From positions 1 to 52,510 of the IMG/VR virus record IMGVR_UViG_3300032257_000018: a stretch of DNA of 52,510 nt, one strand, 5' to 3'. The notes under the pieces were generated by a model. The model saw only the letters and a program-made list of their open reading frames with translations, did no database searches and was not told where the DNA came from. The number at the start of each line of letters is the position of its first letter. Position 1 is the first letter of the stretch. Origin of the DNA: a virus (Duplodnaviria; Caudoviricetes). This document shows, piece by piece, positions 38,701 to 44,920 of this stretch. Made by a program: the position numbers and the translations under genes.

Positions 38701-40490
38701 TCAAAACTGTTTCCACCCTGGGCCGGGAATAATGGACGGCCAAACACCTTATTTTTGTCTTTGAAGTTCTCAGGGTCAAAACCTTGAGCAAGAGCCTCAT
38801 CACGATTAATACCGCCGATCTTGGCAATTGCCGTCAAAATATCGTCGGTAGTGGAATCGACCTGCGTTGATTTTTTATCCGACGCTGCACCAATAATGGA
38901 TAGAGTACCCTGTATTCCATCCCTGTATTCGACTCGCTTAATACGTGGATCATTAAGGCCCTTGGGTACAATAATGCCTGCGGTTTTATTCTGGACATCA
39001 TTTACCCGGTTATCAAGGTCAATTCGTCTGGCCGCATCCCGCTCGGTTTCAATTGTGGCATCCAGAGAAGGAAGCTCAGGCTCGTTATTGTCTTGCGCGA
39101 AGTCAATGCCGCCCGGATAATTGATGGCAGGCTCCGTGGCCCCCGTAGACGCTGACAATGGATCTGCATCGGCTTGTGGCTCAGGTACAGTAAAATCAAT
39201 CCCGCCGTCATACTGAAAGTCATCAGCCAATGGATCAATGATATCGGGATTAGCGTCAGCTTGTGGCTCAGGCACAACAAAATTGACACCACCTTCATAC
39301 TGAACATTATCAGGATTAGCATCAGCGACTACATCACCAGCAACACCACCAATAACATCACCTGCATCAAGTGGGTCACTGCTTGAATCTGGCGTAGGTT
39401 TTTCGGGTTTATCAGGTTTCGCAATGTTCCCAGGATTGGGGTCACCCGCAACCGCAGAAAGCGCACCACCTGCGCCGAAACCACCAATAAATGATTGAAG
39501 CGCACCCTCACTGACACTTTTAGCGGGATCGTAGTATGACTTTATTGAAAGATTGGTATTACTATTCTGTAATAACTCGGTAGAGCCCTCACCCAAGCCG
39601 CCTTTGAGGAACCTTGAAAATAGATTCCCGCTAGATCCAAGAATTTTATCAAGACCGACTTTTTCAAGGTAAGAGTTTACCGTCGCTACCTGCGCCATGG
39701 CCTTTGTAAATGCAATCGGGTCAACCTTTTGACCAGTTCGCTTTTCAAAGTCAGTGGCATCGGTTGAGACTTCCATGGACTCAAGCCATGCCATAAAGGG
39801 TAAGGAGCCGCCAGACTTATAAGCGGCAACTAATGAAGGAACAGCCTGAGACAAAAATCCAATTACCGCCTTTGGGTCACTTATAATCTTTCCGGCTTTA
39901 CTGAAATCACCATCCAATAGTGCATCAAACGCCTTATCAGCATCCTGCGATGCTTTCGATAGGTCCTTGAATGGCTTGAATTCTTGCGGCAATACATCCT
40001 GGCTATGTCCAATTGCATCCGCAACATCCGAGGTACCAGCAACATGATAATCACCAATATCAACACCGGTTGTAATAACGTCCATTATTCCTTTACCCTG
40101 GATCTTTGCGGGTATAATCGGTTGCGTCATCCAGTCGGGCAGTCCCATTCTTTTACCGAATTGGTTTATCGCTTCCGTGACTCGTGCAAATGCGCTTGGT
40201 GTTTCCCATATACCACGGGAAATAGCCAATGTTCCCTGAGCAGCACCGGCACCAGCAACACCCGCTATGTCTCCAAGAGAAGTGCTATCGTCCTGATTGG
40301 TATTTGGAAGATTGCTTGCAGAATCAGGGATAGACGTACCAAAACCACCCTGCCTGATAGGTGTGTCAGGCTTTACAGGATCATCGAGCGGATCAATTGC
40401 GCCTTCCATATTCACATCATCAAGCGGATTAATTATGTTAGACGTAGAAACGCCATACGAATCATCGAGCGGATCAATTATTTTAGCCAT
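26721..40490 (-). CDS. Giant polyvalent virion/ejection protein (DarB-like): C5-MTase-like + N6-MTase + SF2 helicase + zincin-like peptidase + ART-like + large C-terminal domain
   Basis: LSLFD.TG / ACPCTDF / ENP (~36380-37015); GSGTGNF / NPPF (~34400-35460); HTVGSGKT / DEAH / SGTP / QREGR (~31300-33130); HEVLGHYG..EE (~30050-30640); FHGS / FFS / GYG (~29360-29790); last gene of the ejection operon. Confidence 0.92.
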   Translation of the reverse strand: MAKIIDPLDDSYGVSTSNIINPLDDVNMEGAIDPLDDPVKPDTPIRQGGFGTSIPDSASNLPNTNQDDSTSLGDIAGVAGAGAAQGTLAISRGIWETPSAFARVTEAINQFGKRMGLPDWMTQPIIPAKIQGKGIMDVITTGVDIGDYHVAGTSDVADAIGHSQDVLPQEFKPFKDLSKASQDADKAFDALLDGDFSKAGKIISDPKAVIGFLSQAVPSLVAAYKSGGSLPFMAWLESMEVSTDATDFEKRTGQKVDPIAFTKAMAQVATVNSYLEKVGLDKILGSSGNLFSRFLKGGLGEGSTELLQNSNTNLSIKSYYDPAKSVSEGALQSFIGGFGAGGALSAVAGDPNPGNIAKPDKPEKPTPDSSSDPLDAGDVIGGVAGDVVADANPDNVQYEGGVNFVVPEPQADANPDIIDPLADDFQYDGGIDFTVPEPQADADPLSASTGATEPAINYPGGIDFAQDNNEPELPSLDATIETERDAARRIDLDNRVNDVQNKTAGIIVPKGLNDPRIKRVEYRDGIQGTLSIIGAASDKKSTQVDSTTDDILTAIAKIGGINRDEALAQGFDPENFKDKNKVFGRPLFPAQGGNSFDAIAELLSQDGYIDTNYTANEAVDKLGVALGGDSVFSVNVDQDKLQALSSVREIDGKASHAQVATALTRALEGKPLGKNQANIVKAAMDNIQAERESPANIDDAVKRRDKARSFIRFAIDREEPGSIFQDERYDNAGSHFDQTEYNPDWSAETMAFYELLDEASQYDSDAAEAIAGRNISDYQAAQMLGQLIREGKDNGQEQQKHEGTEGNGSAITGTQEERNPAKGTPEAGTFQLDQQTPPSSSVTDDAAQQNDIFGTADANAQAIHDKTISKDIQRNGSENQPVESGDGDLFSGKSKQVDIDDAQKTTSPTPKKKEFTPTHELPDGTAVKEYVEDGEKQKNTWIDKEGDIIEDDNATVIANNESKPSKKDKPKKKTKLVENLGPGYVAERLVSWKKGEKIGLFDIEKITNDSDGYPVGVTLENKSEIDIVELIFKGDKEKFRKTIDEVRDSTNPTSKQDALKKKAQGKTESKAPEHQDVGVDNRELNEIVKEFNDAQESSDEEFTHVFDDPAKNDIVRLNDKVKVYHKDHGWMTIEEAKKKIDEWEENAVKQGKGSANQNKVVLSLFDLTGKWSLPWEQAGYQVYRFDIQDNWLADVYNETVEADQEVNIGDINNHGFDLYADMFGMFEGADVYAVLAACPCTDFASSGARHFAAKDKDGRTAASVNLVHQTLNIIEYFKPPIWALENPVGRIERLGGLPPWRLSFDPNHVGEDYTKKTLIWGRFNADLPIAPTEATEGSKMHTKYGGKSLATKNARSATPEGFAYSFFQANNAIDNLAMAVSYKYDRLDSALITKAVDQYGFTEKEIDNIVEDYYYQDLDDDGANKALKEAISEKADNQANKPEEKKGSNYGSGNKLVSSDRADEIRAKLKAKLNNINSGLDPELIALGTELAVYHIEAGARSFSDYSKKMINDMGDAIKPYIRSFYEGARYYPGLDNSAMTSASDIDSKKPTKKTKPEPDTLETGDLFADPAILRSEENTNELPDDNQRNDQGPESDQVQANEPERGAGSDNNPVSGTSNGSKNGGSKGSKKPGGQKRPTGRSGNNEHGGNERTGDRNGADNDRTELPVRTNYRITDNDNLGAGSALQKAKANIEAIRIIKTLQKENRSATKSEQKILASYTGWGASELANKLFPSKKEPTGTWKELHDELREILTEEELKTAARSTQYAHYTSKPIIDSIYTAIGNFGFKRGLAIEGGSGTGNFIGLIPNSMNIHYTGIEMDSISAAIAKLLYPQSGVISGDFTKIGLPQNHFDLSIGNPPFAGFSVKSDPRYKSNNFKLHDYFIAKQIDSVKPGGIAVFVTSKGTMDKADNAARAYLAERARLLGAIRLPQTAFKENAGTEVVTDILFFQKLGENVESNGSAWTDTHQIDVDGGKANINSYFVANPNMVLGTQALEGSMYGSDEYTVLPSGNLNEQLKEAIGSLPSNVYNDHLQDAEFEAKKTEFSLDPKQKESSYFIDGNNELRNVEDGVGVRVKVRGNGQRTGMSKKQAQILRDYIPLRDAVMKVYLEQFIDGDWKAAQKVLDKAYDTFTSKHGPINQVKTIVRKDGIEIVTEPIISTIDLDPEAYRVAGIEHYDEATNTAEKGSIFTENVMTKRKEAEIESVTDALNVTLNDRGYVDIDYLAEKYGVSPSEAIEELDAVIFQDPDTGRYLTEDDYLSGNVKQKLESAKAAAKNGEAGFDGNIKALEAVQPEDLPLSRVPVNLGAHWIDKEIVQKFAEEVLSFDGRVDSFIKGDTSSWSVTGESKGEKYATARMTASKILEAALNKRTIKVYDTFKSGGQVVRELNKTETAAANQKAQELKEQFSRWALSDTQSADALHNKYNAVFNTTVPRKFNGKHLTLPRLSSRYKPHSWQTNVVWRILQRGNTYMAHTVGSGKTLASNIAGMELRRLGLAKKPTYVVLKSTLKQFATELLDAYPDAKILVADEKQLDKKNRRRFLSRMASEDWDAVIMTHQSFEKIAMSDEFITNEIEAMLTEYRKLLEEVDESDRASRKTIERQIEAMESRLNAMTSQEKKDAGITFEETGIDFLFVDEAHTHKKIPFPTEQSNTKGVDSTGSGIALDLYLKSRYLNSVNPGRNMVLMSGTPVTNTLGEVFNIQRYLQPEVLRDNDTSSFDSWSATFADTVTELEMQASGSFKPSTRLAKFVGVPALLRDFLSIADIVSDNDLKESITIKRPAVKGGARQIVSVKRSPEMLEFQDSLKNRITKLEEKKGPAKKGEDNILVVINDAKKASIDLRLVGRSQSGKSKLDAMIDAVYQSWKDNSDKVYYKGNKPEIKKGATQLIFTEIRQSHGFDIYEHIRSELVNRGVPKNEIAFIQDATNSNKKKKLFRDMNTGVRRILIGGSKNMGTGVNVQQRLYDLHHLDIDYLPANIVQREGRAIRQGNKNDEVGLYAYATEGTIDSFMWQLNETKQKMIDQVMSGDLSIDSVEDVSDSANQMAMAKALSSGNPLLLEQAGLISEVKKLESLKFAHINQGHSGRLKIENYEKRIPRMKKQLDELIELSKIYQSTSGDKFAITLGQNSYTDRKKAGIKILAIADKLNADKVDEQVIGKISGYPITFSRHLAGWEVGLYENDHVSNIDGKWLFNGSILSKNDSSPAALGTVRRLENAARGLSDVHLEFSEEIQIAEKKLGVLKNESIGEFQYEDDLKSKSERLAEIESELESESPPPKDPLLSRSNKPANSGLSSAQVVDIASDITSDWVERPQIITVQSVDQLPDHILNYLHADKSTNEAEGLYDVETGAVWLIADNIRKDSDVPVIVMHEVLGHYGLRKVFGKNLDKLLNLVVMSYGRKGLADLAKKYKLDLNKPKQRLIAAEEMLARIAETGEKPTIYNKLIAMVREWMRKVWPSIKLSESEIKIMMEGVSNHVKNGPVIHNQFVNSPIVALSRGKDGKSGYNQGHEDNRKPSGRQGSFDSATEPGRTSTDDKQSIRAGRRAISKGIVQDLGRTGSTSRSEKSVTKTPAFKSWFGDSKIIDSDSNPLILFHGSNDAFDVFDRDHDSTKVKVPGASLGHFFSPDARRAGGYGDVVRGFFMKMENPHYMTMENFLSLKTSDEAKSAADELIKQGHDGIIIAEDGSYVVFDSNQIKSTANNGDFSDDPSVYLSRRDDDNIQGALADDVNSGQYVDRMFRSAFKLARVDQVTTLVHDKAIHAITKAKFKDDGHMSWMNGFIENVRAGMIDRYGLDEEFKRLDQERDAQERRIATKGVDIIMDLLDRGVDFKEAKVLQAVLNGEIVGDAEMQAIAEPIRNAIDDLGREAVSLGLLDEATFQQNRLTYLHRVYKKHEADQDTLGGWASKAMSKRRKRIAGDTFKQRGMNLKVSEGDLTKLIPDWFGQKKNGNDASLIDQEFIVFDRMSNVGQGVADLDGIDPAIRKPKILERIYWPANKPVPAKYEAWENKGKWTVRESRGGKYTLWRDFTKEERINMGEILDARYTIAKTFHMMSSDLANGRFLKDISLNPAWTFSGEGEPEGVIGEPTGHRWSVYTQYEWIQVPSGNIPGTNKKRWGALSGKYVRAEIWRDINELFQMQKPKSWNKILTQWKLNKTARNPVVHMNNVMSNMIFMDMADVRWRDLKRGIYALRHKTQDYQDALEHGAFGSGFVLHEIKREVLNPILDEILEQNNDGDGYFERKIGQSGKLVDGLWKLVKKADNKMISTYQLEDEVFRMATYMRRLGMGDHKDVAAQIARDQFLNYDIRAPFVNVARSSVLPFIAYTYRAIPVIAKAVAERPWKLAKYTTIAYMINAMGYLLAPSGDDEDKERRSLHDSEQGNTWLGTPRMIRAPWLDSYGNPVFMDIRRWIPAGDVFDTNQGQSAIPIPAWLQFGGPLMLGMEFALNKTAFTGKEIINPDTDDGVDRVNKVAGWAWKSWMPSAPWIYNSWYWDKIARSVNGGRDMLGRPYDLGYSITSSIGIKLKASDVSVGISRKLRGLDATMRELKYEYSQNELDRRRNLISNSAYLDRKSDIESKMKQVGKKARGVLGR
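29792..29968 (-). CDS. Nested +1-frame gene (58 aa) inside the giant gene, probably leaderless
   Basis: TATAAT at 29976-29981, 7 nt before ATG; MKTTGNPVVDKVLSTPQPSQEELQRMISNPSGRVGAQFQKELYKIWAEQDRLRDLKKA; coincides with a linker of the host frame. Confidence 0.55.
   Translation of the reverse strand: MKTTGNPVVDKVLSTPQPSQEELQRMISNPSGRVGAQFQKELYKIWAEQDRLRDLKKA
35465..35749 (-). CDS. Nested +1-frame gene (94 aa) inside the giant gene, TnpV-like by eye
   Basis: Extended -10 TGCTATACT (35770-35778), GAGGA SD 8 nt before ATG; amphipathic helical product; coincides with a linker of the host frame. Confidence 0.7.
   Translation of the reverse strand: MSYLTTIKETIKDLNPTKFKQMSQSGELDQIIIQYQEQVTEARTAAARAARSQADKNDPQDVAATMNMAAMSAQEIEMAQIMTELNYLYGQITA
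37994..38110 (-). CDS. Possible nested +1-frame gene (38 aa, basic)
   Basis: GAAGGT SD-like 7 nt before ATG; MDKNSKSMKERKEMVQRLREHKKNGTRPKVRQKQEPSN; coincides with a linker; no clear promoter. Confidence 0.35.
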   Translation of the reverse strand: MDKNSKSMKERKEMVQRLREHKKNGTRPKVRQKQEPSN

Positions 40491-40499
40491 TATGAACCT

Positions 40500-42014
40500 T
40501 TAGTTTGGAATTTGATTTACAAGAAGCGTCTGAAGTACAGCCAGTGCATCCGCCTTTTCTTTACCTTTCATGAATGGCAGTGCTTTCTTTATTGCCTCCA
40601 AGCTTCCCTTTGGATTCGATTTGTAATCCTTCATTGCCGTTCTTGCGGTAGCCAGTGATTGCTTGCGAGTAGATGAGTTATTTACGCCGGGACCGCTCGG
40701 GCTCGGGCTCGGGCTGGACTCAGGACGTTGACCTTGATTTTTGATTCTCACTTTAGGAAAACGCTTTTGAACAAGCTTCAATAATCGCGGATCATTGGGT
40801 TTCATCTTGTTAATTTTAGCCAGCAGTTTTACATAAGCATTCGGATCTTTTGCCGCAGCCGCCCTTTCTTCAGCGGTTACGCCTCCGCCACCCGTTTTCG
40901 CCATTCGAGATCTAAGAACATTATTTATATGTGAGAAAATACGCTTCTCTTGCTCACCGGCAATCTGTTTAGCTCGATTTTCAATCCATTTTTCACGGGA
41001 CATACCAAAATCTGACTGATCACCACTGAAATAACCAGCCTTATCATCCGCTTCAGCCTGAGCAAGCTTTAACGCAGCATCCTGACTGATATAATTATTA
41101 CCTGAAGCCTCAAGAACAATACGCGCAGCTTCACCACCACCGATACCCGGCACACTGCTTGTTATCTTGTCTGTCAACGCAGATAGCTTCCAGTATTTCT
41201 CGCTATTACCTTCAGGTACACCCCAGTTTCCGGACGCATCAAGCTTGCCGCTCATTGACTGAGCCAGCTGACTCCTTGCATCTTTCTGGGCCATTCGAAG
41301 ATTACTACTGCCTTTCCCATTTTTGGCTTTATTCTTTACTCCCTGAAGATTCGCTTTAAGCCCGTATTCATGGGTTAGCAACCCAAGACCATGCCTCTGC
41401 TTGTCTTCTCTGACATAATCCGCGCGACTGTTCTTGCTGGCCGCTAGTTTAGCGTTTCTTGCGTCATTAATAGGTGTATTGTCACCTGTCTGAATTCTGG
41501 CAAGCTGAAGGGCATCACGCGCAGAATTACGACGATTTAACAAGTCAGTGAAAAAGTCATCCATTGGAATAACCTGTACGCCTGCATCATTCGGACCACG
41601 CCCGGTAGTCATGGGAGCCTCATATGATGTGCCGTCAGGCCGGGTCACCTGCAGCCTGGGAACAAATCCCTTACCGTCTTTAGTTGGATGAGCCCCAATA
41701 ATTCGCTTGGTTGATCCTTCGGGAGTTCCCCGATTAATAACCGGAGCATATTCAGTATTAACAGCATTCAACCAGTCCTGATTAAACTGACCGCGTTCAA
41801 ATCCATACTGAATAACATTCAGGTTAGTCAGCTTTTTGCGGTTTGATTCTGTTCGATCAAGGGTTTCAATCTGACGATTGTATAATTCTGTTCTACGAGA
41901 ATCCTGAATATCCTGGCGACCATTGTTGCGTTCTTGTTGCGCACGACGATCTTTACGATCTTCGATATTAGCAGCAATGCCGTAACCTCTTGCAAAACCA
42001 TCAGTAAAACCCAT
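40500..42014 (-). CDS. Internal virion (ejection) protein
   Basis: MGFTDGFARGYG start, helical Q/R/A-rich; between small ejection genes and the giant gene. Confidence 0.75.
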   Translation of the reverse strand: MGFTDGFARGYGIAANIEDRKDRRAQQERNNGRQDIQDSRRTELYNRQIETLDRTESNRKKLTNLNVIQYGFERGQFNQDWLNAVNTEYAPVINRGTPEGSTKRIIGAHPTKDGKGFVPRLQVTRPDGTSYEAPMTTGRGPNDAGVQVIPMDDFFTDLLNRRNSARDALQLARIQTGDNTPINDARNAKLAASKNSRADYVREDKQRHGLGLLTHEYGLKANLQGVKNKAKNGKGSSNLRMAQKDARSQLAQSMSGKLDASGNWGVPEGNSEKYWKLSALTDKITSSVPGIGGGEAARIVLEASGNNYISQDAALKLAQAEADDKAGYFSGDQSDFGMSREKWIENRAKQIAGEQEKRIFSHINNVLRSRMAKTGGGGVTAEERAAAAKDPNAYVKLLAKINKMKPNDPRLLKLVQKRFPKVRIKNQGQRPESSPSPSPSGPGVNNSSTRKQSLATARTAMKDYKSNPKGSLEAIKKALPFMKGKEKADALAVLQTLLVNQIPN

Positions 42015-42025
42015 CGTCTTTTCCT

Positions 42026-42613
42026 CTACCCTAAAATTAAACCGGCAATACCGCCTACAAGTGCGCCAGCAGGTCCACCAGCAGAAAATCCAATCCCTGC
42101 CCCTGTACCAATAGCACTTACCCTTGATGCATTATTCTGAGCGGCTATATTTCTATTGGCGTTATTACGCCCCGCCTCAAGCTGGGCCGCAGTCTGAAAG
42201 CCACTATTAGCAGATGAATTCACGCCCCTGCCGACCTGAATCATGTTGCCCATTGTCTGCAAATCACGATCACGGATGCTCAAGCGCGTGTTATTTTTTG
42301 CATTAACAACGCTTGCAGCCTTGGACATGCCCTGCTTTCTTGTATAAAGCTTTCTTTGATCTGCATTCATACCAACACCATAACGAGATATATTACGATC
42401 CGTTATGCCGTCAGAAGTATTAAAGGCTCGATCAACATCGCCGCTTGCTCGATTAATAGTTTGGGTATGAAGTTCAGCATTGCCAATACTGTCAATAACC
42501 TCATCCTCAATAGGTTGAAAAGTCTTTACATACTCATCCCACTGATCACGAGTTATTTCACCCTGCTTATCTTGTGCATAAGTATCTACTGTTGGACTAC
42601 CACCACCGGACAT
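42026..42613 (-). CDS. Small ejection/pilot protein
   Basis: MSGGG start; C-terminal Gly-rich hydrophobic hairpin (GTGAGIGFSAGGPAGALVGGIAGLILG). Confidence 0.75.
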   Translation of the reverse strand: MSGGGSPTVDTYAQDKQGEITRDQWDEYVKTFQPIEDEVIDSIGNAELHTQTINRASGDVDRAFNTSDGITDRNISRYGVGMNADQRKLYTRKQGMSKAASVVNAKNNTRLSIRDRDLQTMGNMIQVGRGVNSSANSGFQTAAQLEAGRNNANRNIAAQNNASRVSAIGTGAGIGFSAGGPAGALVGGIAGLILG

Positions 42614-42623
42614 ATCAAACCCC

Positions 42624-43226
42624 CTAATACTTACTGAAATCGTAATTGTTTACGGAAGCCGCTCTTGCTGATAGCGGGCTAGTTGATTGCTTTGGCGCAT
42701 TAAGCCATGAACCAGACGCCATACCAGCAAGACCACCAACTGCGTCACTGACAAGTCGCCTTTGTGAATTTGATGTAGCCACTTCATTTGCGGCATTGCG
42801 TAACTCAAGACTTGCATTTCTACGCAACCCCTGATTAGAAGTGTCTGCAATATCACGACCAATACCGATGGCCTTTTGAAGACCTCTTGTATTCAGGTCG
42901 TCACCAACATTGTTCACTGTATTAATACCCGCACCACGACGCGCGCCGGAGTTAATGCCGTCGGTTGTCACCTTATCAACGTATCGACCTGAACCGGGAG
43001 CCCCTACACCATATGAGAAACGTGGATTGTTTTCAGCCTGGGCAAGATCTGCCGTTGCTCGACCTGTAATTAAGGAGCGGTCAACCTCATCAACACGCGC
43101 TTGATCAATAAAATCTTTCTCAAGTGGTGCATATCTATCCTTGTATCGAGCCCAACCAGCTGCAGCAACATCCGCTATCGCGCGCTCACCGTCTTGCTTC
43201 TGTACTTCTTTTCCGCCGCCGCTCAT
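42624..43226 (-). CDS. Small ejection/pilot protein (paralogue-like of the adjacent gene)
   Basis: MSGGG start; W..Y...Y.PLE motif and IGR motif shared with 42026-42613. Confidence 0.75.
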   Translation of the reverse strand: MSGGGKEVQKQDGERAIADVAAAGWARYKDRYAPLEKDFIDQARVDEVDRSLITGRATADLAQAENNPRFSYGVGAPGSGRYVDKVTTDGINSGARRGAGINTVNNVGDDLNTRGLQKAIGIGRDIADTSNQGLRRNASLELRNAANEVATSNSQRRLVSDAVGGLAGMASGSWLNAPKQSTSPLSARAASVNNYDFSKY

Positions 43227-43678
43227 ATTGATAACTCCCGCTTATAATCTTTCAATGGTTCTTCAAAAATATGCTGTCTTATTTTTGGCGACCACTCACG
43301 CATCCACGCATAACCACCTACCAGTAATGCGCAATGACTAATAATGCCCCCGATGGAATCACGCAAAACAAACGCAATATTCTTTTCATGGTCCCTACCG
43401 CGCTCAAGCTTGTTCGCATCCATCCAATCAACAATTGCAGCCTGCATAATCGGGTTAAGAACGTGAAAATATTGAATGTAAAAAGGATTGTTTGGCAGTC
43501 TTATTAATGACTCCCAGCCAAGAACGTCTACAAGATGCTCACGATCAACCTGCTTGTCACCGTCATATAGATCATCAAGGACCTGGCTGATACGGAAAAG
43601 AACCTCGCAAAAGTCCACCGCAGACGCATTACCGCATAAGACTTTCATTAGAAAATCATGTTCATTTTTTCGTGGCAT
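43223..43678 (-). CDS. Conserved phage protein with DDxxD motif
   Basis: VLDDLYDGDK, LPNNPFY, WMDANKLE; all-helical; first gene after late promoter 2. Confidence 0.75.
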   Translation of the reverse strand: MPRKNEHDFLMKVLCGNASAVDFCEVLFRISQVLDDLYDGDKQVDREHLVDVLGWESLIRLPNNPFYIQYFHVLNPIMQAAIVDWMDANKLERGRDHEKNIAFVLRDSIGGIISHCALLVGGYAWMREWSPKIRQHIFEEPLKDYKRELSI

Positions 43679-43695
43679 TAATTTATTCCGGACAT

Positions 43696-43720
43696 AAAAA
43701 AACCGGCAAAATGCCGGCTT
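43696..43720 (-). terminator. Terminator of late leader 2
   Basis: AGCCGGCA-TTT-TGCCGGTT hairpin followed by a T run. Confidence 0.8.
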
Positions 43721-43747
43721 CTTGTTTATTTCCCTAGATTACTGTTT

Positions 43748-43775
43748 AGTATATAAAAACAGTCCCAAAAGTCAA
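43748..43775 (-). promoter_or_regulatory. Late promoter 2 with the same element as late promoter 1
   Basis: TTGACT-16 nt-TATACT; TTGACTTTTGGGACTGTTTT. Confidence 0.75.
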
Positions 43776-43777
43776 TG

Positions 43778-44185
43778 TTAGAGTGAATTCAGGTTAGAAA
43801 TGGTTATATTGGCTTGCTGTACCGCTTCAGATATCGTCACTGCCTGACTAACACTGATTTTACCCTTGATTCGCTCCGATTCGATTATTGCACCAAGCGT
43901 ATTCCATGCATCGCGCTGAACAATAATACCGTCAGTCGATTGCTGTGCCGTCATTCCAGTAGCAGACATTTCAGACTCCACCCATGGATATGATGATGTA
44001 TCAGCTGGGTATCCCGCGGCTTTATATCGATCTGCATCAGCCGCCTTACTTAAATAGGTTGCTTCCTGGCCTGCTACCGTCGTTATATAACGAGATCTGG
44101 CCATTCCTGCCGCACTATCAATATCATTATGTGATCCTGCTATAGCATCAGATAATAAAGCGTATTTGTTTAGTTCGTATTTCAT
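43778..44185 (-). CDS. Tail fibre-associated/assembly protein
   Basis: IDSAAG.AR.RYIT...GQ..TY..K...A motif; start reassigned to MKYELN (GGAG SD, ATGA coupling). Confidence 0.7.
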   Translation of the reverse strand: MKYELNKYALLSDAIAGSHNDIDSAAGMARSRYITTVAGQEATYLSKAADADRYKAAGYPADTSSYPWVESEMSATGMTAQQSTDGIIVQRDAWNTLGAIIESERIKGKISVSQAVTISEAVQQANITISNLNSL

Positions 44186-44511
44186 CGATATGGCTCCGAA
44201 AAGCATCGGCATTCTTGAGTAACTTCACCCTGATCATCACGATGAGAAAATAAGCACCACAATTGAGTATCATCACTTAACGCCAGGAACTTATGTTTCA
44301 CACCTTTTTTTATAAGCAAATGCCCAGGTGCATCAATTCTTTGTTCGACAACATCACCGCTTATTGTTTTTGTTGTCGCAATAACCGAGCCTGTAAAGAC
44401 CATCGTAGTATGATCAAAATTATGCTCATGCGTTTCGATATTCTCGCCTCCGGTCATTATCCATTTTCTAATATAGATATTGCCGCTCTTAAATTGCCCA
44501 TTATATGGCAT
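44182..44511 (-). CDS. Cupin-fold protein
   Basis: HEHNFDH...GSV and I.KGVKHKF.AL motifs. Confidence 0.75.
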   Translation of the reverse strand: MPYNGQFKSGNIYIRKWIMTGGENIETHEHNFDHTTMVFTGSVIATTKTISGDVVEQRIDAPGHLLIKKGVKHKFLALSDDTQLWCLFSHRDDQGEVTQECRCFSEPYR

Positions 44512-44920
44512 TTATCTTATACCTTTCGCCAATAAGATCCGCTCTCTCTGCCGACACTATGTACTCACCTGGATGAAGAAATGTAAGTTCCAAAACTCCA
44601 TCCGATACAACGATTGCATCTTCAACGATACCGGTTACAGTAACCACCGTTCTCGATGGGACATTGCTTAAAGTCACCTTGTCAATTCCGTCGGCGGTAA
44701 CAAGAAGCTTGTCAATTGTAATGACCGACAATAATGGATTAACATTAATAAGGGTTTCTATCACCTCAATTTTTGATGGCAAGCTAGATCCGTCTTTAAC
44801 TGCGGTATAAAAATTGCCATATAAATGCTCTAAAATTATATAAGGTATGGAATTATAGAAAACCTGAAGACCGGTAATACTGCCATTATCAGGAATAACT
44901 TTTAATGCATTAACAGGCAT
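44501..44920 (-). CDS. Tail fibre-associated protein (C-terminal Ig-like)
   Basis: ADGIDKVTLSNVP, DGVLELTF..PGEY.V; TAATG-coupled to the fibre gene. Confidence 0.65.
   Translation of the reverse strand: MPVNALKVIPDNGSITGLQVFYNSIPYIILEHLYGNFYTAVKDGSSLPSKIEVIETLINVNPLLSVITIDKLLVTADGIDKVTLSNVPSRTVVTVTGIVEDAIVVSDGVLELTFLHPGEYIVSAERADLIGERYKINAI

Noticed and set aside
37282-40658. Long antisense ORFs (37282-37785, 39984-40658 and similar elsewhere, e.g. 46409-46906, 51235-51669)
   Set aside because: Mirror ORFs of the coding strand with biased composition and no translation signals
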